DNA of 64,000 bases from Thecamonas trahens ATCC 50062. Lineage: Eukaryota > Protista > Apusomonadida. The stretch covers positions 157,649-221,648 of the forward strand of contig NW_013657653.1 of assembly GCF_000142905.1 (NCBI RefSeq), read 5' to 3'. The position numbers and the translations under genes are program-made. Positions within the stretch are counted from its first letter, which is position 1, and each line of letters begins with the position of its first letter. This document shows, piece after piece, positions 57,129 through 64,000 of this stretch. Below the pieces are notes generated by a model. That model was given only the letters and a program-made list of their open reading frames with translations. It had not been told where the DNA came from and ran no database searches.

Positions 57129-58295
57129 ATGTCGTACTCGTACTCTGACCACGGCCGCGGCAACAACGGGGACTACTACTCGTACTACTACTCGGATGAG
57201 GTAGGTGCCAGCCCATGCACCATGCCCATCATCCCCCCCCCCCCCCCCCCCCCTCCCCCCCCCTCCCCCACCATTTGCTGCCACTACCCCATTGCCTCCT
57301 CCACCCGCCCTCCCCAAAAAAAATGCCCTCAGCCGACCAACTACCAGGCCTTCCCGGCCATCTGCGCTACTGTGTGGGCTACTCGAGGCGCCACACAGCG
57401 TAGAGGCCGTACATGTAGCACAACCACCATGTTGCGGTGGGCGTGGCGGTGTGTGTGGGCTGAACCCGTCGTCTATGCCGTCATTCTCCCCGGGTGAACC
57501 GCAGCTGCCCCGTGGCCGCGGCATCCGTTGCTCCCGCCGGGTGGTACCTGGAACAGGCCGCGGGCGCTTGCGGTGGCGGTTGCGGGGGACCGAAGAGCCA
57601 GGGGCGGGAAGGCAGGGAATGAGTGGATGAGAAGGGACGCGGAGTTCTCCTGCGTGCTCGTGTTTGTGTGTGTTTGTGTGTGTCTGTGTGTGTCTGTGGG
57701 CTGGCCGATGTCAGCTGGGCGAGGTGCGGCGTCTCTGCCGCAGCGGGAGTGACTCACCATGGCGTGGCCGCTGTGTGGCCGGTGTGTGTGCGTCGAACAG
57801 GATGTGAACGCGAAGAAGTTGGCCGAGGCGACGCGGGCCAAGACTGTGTCGAAGAACGAGCGCGGGTCATCGCGGGCAAGCAAGGGCGCGTCGCAGCGGC
57901 AGTCGTCGTCGCGGGCTGCGGGCAAGTCAAGCTCGGCGCGCAAGTCGTCGTCGCGGGCCGAGCCGCGGGCGTCGTCGTCGCGGCAAAAGTCCGAGAGCAA
58001 GCCCCGGCCGCCGTCGGAGCTGAACCAGCCGCGGGCCTCGTTCCGCGAGACTGTCTCGTACGGTCGCACCGAGGGCGCGGCCGATGCGGCCGAGCCTGCA
58101 GAGAAGAAGGCCAAGTGCAAGAAGCCTGTGATCAAGACGCAAGCTGAGGACGGGACCACTCTGTACTGTGGCACCACTGGCTCGGACTGGATCAAGGTCC
58201 TCATCTCGCTCGGCCTGCTGTGGACCTTTATGGCCATCTACTTCTGGTTCCTCTTCACCGTTTTCCTCGCCGTCGAGTTCCCCAACGAGTTGTAA
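57129..58295 (+). CDS. Small tail-anchored membrane protein with Na,K-ATPase beta-subunit-like TM segment (2 exons predicted)
   Basis: Exon 1 57129-57200, intron 57201-57800 in phase; Ser/Arg-rich disordered body; C-terminal YCGTTGSDWIKVLISLGLLWTFMAIYFWFLFTVFL. Confidence 0.65.
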
Positions 58296-58622
58296 CCAAC
58301 GTCAGATTGAACCGATCCTATCTGTGCGCCGCTGCGCCAGCCGAGCATCCCGACAGAGGTAACAGTGTAGCCAGTCCTGCGTGCGTGCGGAGCAGGTAGC
58401 GGTAGCGACAGTGACAGCGAGAGCGAGAGCGGGGCGGGGGAGAGTAGGGTGCAGCATCTCGTGATCCGAGCATGGCGCGGCCGTCCTGGCCCGTGTGTGC
58501 CATCGGACCGATCCCTCGGATGGACCTGTCGTTCCCTGGATGCCATGATCTCTGAGCGAGCAGTGACCGAGTCAGCCGAGTCTGCCTTGACCGGCACACT
58601 TGTCGCACTCTGCTCTTCCACC

Positions 58623-60134
58623 ATGTTCCGGCTATGCGTGCCGACGACCGAGCCGCTCCCAGACCGCGGAAAGAAGCGCCTGCTTGCCGCTGTGGCCGAC
58701 CCCACCGACCTGACCGAGTACTTTCGGCAGCGCCGCCAGGTACGCCGCATGCCCACGTGTGTGTGGAAGGGAGGGAGTGTGGGAGTGTGGGTGGTGGGCG
58801 TGAGCGGTGTTCGGCGAGTCGCGCATGCGATGGCACACTGCGATGTGTGTATGGTGGGGGGGGGGGAGGGGGGGAGGGGGGGGGGAAGGGGATACTTACG
58901 GGCAGTCGCGGGCGGATGACGGGATGGTGGTGATGGTGGTTGTGATGGCGATGGTGATGGCGATGATGGTGTGCAGCTGGTGGCCGGGATCAAGAGTGCC
59001 TACGTGCACTCGGAGACAAACTTGGGCGCGTACGAAGCGTTCCTCCCCTGGGCTGGGGCCATGGTGGCGCTGGCGGACGCGTTTGACGAGCAGACACGGG
59101 ATGCGGTGCAAAAGTTCCACTTTACGTGGTCGACGGCGAGTCTGCGGCATGTGGCGGCGTCGGATGTGGCGGTGGCGAGCCACGGCAACAGCGGCGCCGG
59201 ATCGTCCAGCTCGGGCGCGACTGGGCCCAAACCGACAGTGCTCTCGCTCAAGTCTGCGCGGTTTGAGCTGGTGATGATTGTGGCGTCGCTGGGCATGCAG
59301 CACTGGGCGATGGCGCACGCAGCGCTGGACGACTCGGCGCAGGCTGCAGGCGACGGCGGCTCGGCCGAGCCGACGGTGGCGGCGCTCAAGGCGGCGTACA
59401 CCTCGCTGCGAGCGGCGGCAGGCGTCTTCATCGAGCTCGAGAGGCTGGTGGCGGCGTTTGTGGATGCGCCAGACGCAGAGCACCTGCCACTAGAGGCGAC
59501 GCCCGCGGGTGCGACGTTGCTCATCGAGTGGGCACGGGCCGAGGCAGAGGCGTGCCTGCTGTTCTCGACTACGCTCGAGGGCAAGGTGAGCGGCAAGCTG
59601 GCCGCTCGCATTGCAGCGTCGGTGGCGGTGCGCTTCGGGCGTGCGGCCGATGTCGCGACCAACAGCGGGTGCGACAGCGCCATTCTGCCGTATTTGACGA
59701 TGCGCGGCGGGCTGGCGCGCGCGACAGCACTGCGGCACCAGGCCGCGATGGCCAGCGAGGCCGGTGAGCATGGGGTGGCGTGCGCGTACATTGACATGGC
59801 GACGGAAGCCATGGGAGGCGTTGTCGAGCTCCTAGCGTCAATCAAGTCGTCCAAGGGCCTGCTCTCGTCGGTGCTCGGCGGGGGCAACCCAGCGGCGCGG
59901 TTCCGCGCACTGGTGCCACTCGCGAGCAGCGAGGTCAAGGCGATCGAGGCGGCGGCAAAGAGCTACCACCACGACAACGACAACGTGTACTACGAGCCGG
60001 TGCCCAAAGCGTCGACGCTCGAGCTTGCCGAGGCCGCCAGCGTGGCGGCGCCGACCGAGCTCGACATGCCGCCGCCGGCCTTTGTCGACGTCGCGCTCAA
60101 GCCCGAGGAGGAATCGACGTGCTGCATCAGCTGA
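58623..60134 (+). CDS. BROX: BRO1-domain CAAX protein (BROX-like), 2 exons
   Basis: FHFTWS, SARFELVM, LRAAAGVF, HDNDNVYYEPVP and C-terminal CCIS (human BROX ends CYIS). Exon 1 58623-58739, intron 58740-58976 in phase. Confidence 0.85.
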
Positions 60135-61029
60135 AGGCGGAGGAGGCGCGTGCTCGAGTGCGCGCGAGGGCCGCGTGGCGAGCCGAGCGGGCGCGGGCGA
60201 GCGTAATCTCGGCCGGGGTCGCCAGGGCGAGGCACTGTGCGCCGCCTGTTGGTTCGCGCTTAAACACAACAGCATCGATCTGAGCCCGGATGGAGAGCCG
60301 GCGAGCGACAAAGGCGCGGTCATCAGCCGAGAGCTGCTCCGCCGACGCCAGCGTCTGCAGCTGCGACTTGAGCCAGACGTCTGCGCGGAGGAGAGACGAT
60401 GGCGCGGCGGCAAGGGCGGCCGCCGGCGCCAGAGCCATGCCGCGCTTGCGCGGGCGGCCCGGCCCGGCAGCGCGGGCAGCGCGGGCCTCCTCGCGCGCCA
60501 CCGCCACTGCCGGCGCCAAGACAGGCGCGCGAGCGTTCTGCAACCGCGCCCGCTCGGCGGCGCGCGCCCGCAGCGCAGCATGTGTCGTCGCAAACTGGCG
60601 CGACCGCAACATGCCCACGATCTCGCTTCGCGAGCGGCGCGGCAGCAGTGCCGACGCCAGCTCGAGAAAGGTGGCAAAGTCTGGAGCCATGTCGCGGGCC
60701 TTGTGCAGGGCGGCGAGCTCGGTCCGTCGCCACGGCTTCTGCCGGCCCAGCCCACCGGCATCATCATCATCGTTGTCGCCCGCACCCGCATCCGCACCTG
60801 CGCCCGCACCCGGTCTTGCCAGAGCAGGCGCCTCGCCACGCGAGTAGCGGGCCTCAACGCCCTGCACCGCCCGGCCACCACCACCACCACCGCCGCCGCC
60901 GCCGCCGCCGCCACTACCGCCTCCCTCGAGCAGGCTGGCCAGCGCCGCCGACGTCGACGGCTGGCTGGCCCGTGGTGCCGTCGCTGCCAGCGCCTGGCTT
61001 GCCGGCACCAGGGAGAACGAGGTTGGCAT
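60127..61029 (-). CDS. Hypothetical protein with Myb/SANT-like segment and AT-hook; 5' end uncertain
   Basis: KPWRRTELAAL...LPRRSRSEI and PGRPRKR. Confidence 0.5.
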   Translation of the reverse strand: MPTSFSLVPASQALAATAPRASQPSTSAALASLLEGGGSGGGGGGGGGGGGGRAVQGVEARYSRGEAPALARPGAGAGADAGAGDNDDDDAGGLGRQKPWRRTELAALHKARDMAPDFATFLELASALLPRRSRSEIVGMLRSRQFATTHAALRARAAERARLQNARAPVLAPAVAVAREEARAARAAGPGRPRKRGMALAPAAALAAAPSSLLRADVWLKSQLQTLASAEQLSADDRAFVARRLSIRAQIDAVVFKREPTGGAQCLALATPAEITLARARSARHAALARTRARASSAFS

Positions 61030-61471
61030 GAGGGGAGGTGTTTGCCTGTGTGTGTAAGGGGGGGGGGGGAGGGGGAGGAGTTCAGGCAGGCCTTGCCTTC
61101 CCCGGCTGGCGTGGCGCCTCCTGATGCGGGGCCGTCATCGGCATGGGGTTTGGCCTCTGCGCTCGACTGAGGGTAGGGTACCCTCGTTGGGGATGATGGT
61201 GGTATGGGCGCTCCTAGTTGTCGCCATCGGTGTTGGGACCGAGTCGTTTGCCTCGAGCAAGTCGTCGTCAGCCGGGAGCGTGTCGCCCTGGCTCGCGAGC
61301 TGGGATTGGCTGGTGGCTACGATTGCACGATGCGGCTCAAGGACGATGGCCACGAGATGTGCGGTCGGTCAACCCCAAGATGCGCATATTGTACATTAGG
61401 CATACCAAGCGCATGCATGATGACTGTGCAGCGGGATTGGCCGGCCGTGAGAGTCTGAGGCGCGTGACCTG

Positions 61472-61527
61472 GAGCTCCGCCACATGAGCTCCGCCACATG
61501 AGCTCCGCCACATGAGCTCCGCCACAT
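61472..61527. repeat. Perfect 14-bp tandem repeat x4 (GAGCTCCGCCACAT)
   Basis: Copies start at 61472, 61486, 61500 and 61514; intergenic between divergent genes. Confidence 0.95.
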
Positions 61528-61815
61528 GGCGCACGATTTGGCCACAAGTCCATGAGCCATTGCCTCATCTGTATTGGGTACCCCACCCCTCTCCAACTTG
61601 TATCGCGGTAGCCTCAAGTAGCTGCTGTTGCAAGAGCCAGACGACTTTTGCCCTCTCGCGCACTTCCTCCCTTTCCCCTGCACTTTACACTCGTGAGGCG
61701 GACCAAAGCGGAGCACGGTCGACTTGTTTGAGACATTTGCGGTTCGGACGTTTGCGGAGCAGTCTTTTATTTGTGCACTTCTGTTTTTGTCAACCTCTAG
61801 CAGAAGACTATCGCC

Positions 61816-63375
61816 ATGATTATGACTGTTAACATGCGATGGGCTGCAGTGATGGCGGCGGTGGCCGCAGTTCTGGTGGTGCTATGCGCTGCGCCGGCCG
61901 AGGCCGCTGACCCGGCCACGGTCCTGTTCAACGCGGTCGATGAGGACAACTCGGGCTCGTGGTCCGAGGAGGAGCTGACCGAGCTGATGGAGAAGCTTGG
62001 CCTGGCCAAGGCTGGAGCGCATGATGACCATGACCACGACAACGCGCACGCGGTGCGGGTGTCGCAGGCTGCGGCGTCGAGCCCGCTCGAGGCGCACACC
62101 CGGGCGCTGGCGCTCGACGAGTGCCACTCGGTCGACGAGCTCATTGAGGAGTACGATACCAACAACGACACGCTCATTGCGCCCGCCGAGGCATCGCAGA
62201 TGTACCCCGCGCTGCTGGCGCTGCAGCAGGCCGGCCTTTGCGCCACGGCGGCGACCGACTCGCACGCGAGCTGCAGCAAGCCGGGCAAGACCAAGGCCTG
62301 GTTCGGCGCGCTCGGCGCGACCTTGCTGGTCTCGCTCATGGGCGTCCTCGGCATTGTCATCTTTCCGATTGTGCAGAAGCGGTGGGTGCTCTCGGCCCTG
62401 CTTGGCTTTGCCGTCGGCACGCTTGTCGGTGACGCTGTCCTCCACCTCCTTCCGCACGCGCTCAACGTTGGCGACAGTGACGACGGCCACGCGCACGCCA
62501 ACCACCCCGCTGACAGCGGCAAGAAGTATCTCGGCATTGTCGGAACGACGGCGGCCTCGGTCTTTTTCTTCTTTGTGGTCGAGAAGATCATCCACTCGAT
62601 GGGCGGGCACCAGCACTCGCACGGCGAGCCGGGCCAGGGCGAGCACTCGCACTCGCACGATGGCAAGGTGCTCTCGGACTCGGAGAGTGGCGAGGTGATG
62701 GCATCTGCGGCGCTTGTCACTTCGTCGGGCTCGTCGGACTCGGTCTCGTCGGGCTCGGGCTCGTCGCAGCAGGAGTACATGTACGAGTACTCGGAGTCGG
62801 CTGAGCTCCAGGAAGAGGCTTCGTACTCGTCGTACTCGGCGTCGGCCATGGATGCCAAGCTTCAGACCCGTGGCACCATCTTCCACACCCACTTTTGCTA
62901 CTCGGTCAAGCCGTACGCTTGGCTCAACCTCATCGGTGACGGCCTGCACAACATTATCGATGGTCTTGTCCTCGGCGTCACCTTTTCGTCGTCGACCTCG
63001 GCCGGCATTGCCACCATGATCGCCATCATCTTCCACGAGCTCCCGCAGGAGCTCGGCGACTTTGGCGTGCTGTTCAAGGCCGGCTTCTCCCGCATTGCCG
63101 CCCTCCTCTTCAACCTTGCCACGGCCGCCACCGCCTTTGTCGGCTGCCTCATCGGCCTCGCCATCGGCCAGGATTACGCGTCTGCCAACCCGTACCTGCT
63201 TGCCTTTGCCGCCGGCTCCTTCCTCTTTATCGCCCTCAGCGACCTCGTGCCGCAGCTCATGCACACCTCGTCCATCCGCCTCACCCTTATTGAGATCGCT
63301 GGCATCCTCCTCGGTTTTGTGGTCATGCTCATCATCGCCCTCACCGAGGACGAGGACGAGTGCTCTGGCCTGTAA
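61816..63375 (+). CDS. ZIP (SLC39, LIV-1 subfamily) zinc transporter with EF-hand-containing ectodomain
   Basis: Signal peptide, YPALL, FAVGTLVGDAVLHLLPHA, His-rich loop, NLIGDGLHNIIDG, HELPQELGDF, AGSFLFIALSDLVP. Confidence 0.95.
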   Translation: MIMTVNMRWAAVMAAVAAVLVVLCAAPAEAADPATVLFNAVDEDNSGSWSEEELTELMEKLGLAKAGAHDDHDHDNAHAVRVSQAAASSPLEAHTRALALDECHSVDELIEEYDTNNDTLIAPAEASQMYPALLALQQAGLCATAATDSHASCSKPGKTKAWFGALGATLLVSLMGVLGIVIFPIVQKRWVLSALLGFAVGTLVGDAVLHLLPHALNVGDSDDGHAHANHPADSGKKYLGIVGTTAASVFFFFVVEKIIHSMGGHQHSHGEPGQGEHSHSHDGKVLSDSESGEVMASAALVTSSGSSDSVSSGSGSSQQEYMYEYSESAELQEEASYSSYSASAMDAKLQTRGTIFHTHFCYSVKPYAWLNLIGDGLHNIIDGLVLGVTFSSSTSAGIATMIAIIFHELPQELGDFGVLFKAGFSRIAALLFNLATAATAFVGCLIGLAIGQDYASANPYLLAFAAGSFLFIALSDLVPQLMHTSSIRLTLIEIAGILLGFVVMLIIALTEDEDECSGL

Positions 63376-63423
63376 ACACACGTTACGTCGACCCCGATCT
63401 TGGTAGCGTTGGCCTTTAAGAAA

Positions 63424-63930
63424 CTACTGCACGTTCTCCTCGAGCGTGGTGCCGTCGGCGGCGGCCTTGCGGCGGCGGATGACGTCAAAGTTGTACACCC
63501 GGGCCGTGTTGACCTCCGTGATGGTGATCTGGTCCTTGAGGAAGCCGATGTCGTTCTGCAGCGAGTCGAGCGAGTTCTGCGCGGTCTCCAGGTTGCGCGC
63601 CAGCAGTTCTGCCGCCTCGTCGAGCTCGTACTCCATCAGCACGCCCGCGCCAAGGAAGAGGCACACCGTCTGCGGGTTCTCGATGGCCGCGTTGGCGTAC
63701 ACGTTGTCCGACAGCGGATACTGCGTCTCGACAGTCGTTCCCTCGTCCCGCGCCTTCTGCAGATACGCCACCATGTCGATGCAATTCTTGATGTCCGGAA
63801 TCTTGGTCTTGAGCATGCTCCGGTTCTGCATCAGCTTGCTCTCCATAAACTTGTACTTGGAGTAGTCCTCGCGCAGCTGCCGCAGCACCGTGTCCGGGTT
63901 CTGCTCCTTCATAAAGTTGGCCACATCCTC
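63424..63930 (-). CDS. PFDN3: Prefoldin subunit 3, last exon (5'-partial)
   Basis: YSKYKFME, KIPDI, VCLFLGAGVLMEY, FLKDQITITEVNTARVYNFDV; acceptor AG at 63932-63931. Confidence 0.95.
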   Translation of the reverse strand, partial: EDVANFMKEQNPDTVLRQLREDYSKYKFMESKLMQNRSMLKTKIPDIKNCIDMVAYLQKARDEGTTVETQYPLSDNVYANAAIENPQTVCLFLGAGVLMEYELDEAAELLARNLETAQNSLDSLQNDIGFLKDQITITEVNTARVYNFDVIRRRKAAADGTTLEENVQ

Positions 63931-64000
63931 CTACGCCCCGCCCGTGCCCCCGCACACAGCCACCGTAAGCAAGTGTTCCTCCCCCCCCCTTTCTGCCCCC

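Noticed and set aside
61472-61527. Possible CRISPR array
   Set aside because: Repeats are contiguous with no spacers, there are no cas genes, and the context is eukaryotic.
61797-63381. Long antisense or alternative-frame ORFs (also 41063-42328, 52323-53660, 30351-31676, 60025-61170)
   Set aside because: Shadow ORFs expected from high GC3 opposite or overlapping well-supported genes; no motifs.
1-64000. tRNA, rRNA, transposase or retroelement genes
   Set aside because: None recognised by eye; small ncRNAs would need a covariance-model search to exclude.

Overview
A GC-rich, gene-dense, intron-poor segment of a unicellular eukaryote nuclear genome. Gene content and style suggest an apusomonad or similar protist (inference only). 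About 24 protein genes are tightly packed, often tail-to-tail, with short GT-AG introns near their 5' ends. Recognisable genes are TNPO3/Mtr10 (5'-partial), an aquaporin, TMEM256, a divergent eRF3-like GTPase, a DUF985 cupin, MND1, an F-box protein, Nkp2/Cnl2-like, UTP13/TBL3, TDO, HMGCR, ALG14, AMBRA1-like, ATG3, a macrodomain protein, BROX, a LIV-1 ZIP transporter and PFDN3 (5'-partial). The region 5.4-28.8 kb holds two tandem giant surface-protein genes (about 2,680 and 4,670 aa once repaired). Their ectodomains resemble bacterial giant adhesins (pilin-like/DUF11 repeats; planctomycete-type RTX-associated proteins) joined to eukaryotic-style modules (VWD plus one TM; a Flc/Pkd2-like multipass domain). 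Other notable items are a small tail-anchored protein whose C-terminus matches the Na,K-ATPase beta-subunit TM signature but has no ectodomain, an unsecreted astacin-like protease with a (GS)n linker and histone-H1-like tail, and a Tudor-HNH fusion. Eight frameshifts are each repaired by adding one base to a short run, most likely homopolymer under-calls in the assembly. All family assignments come from motif recognition by eye, not database searches.
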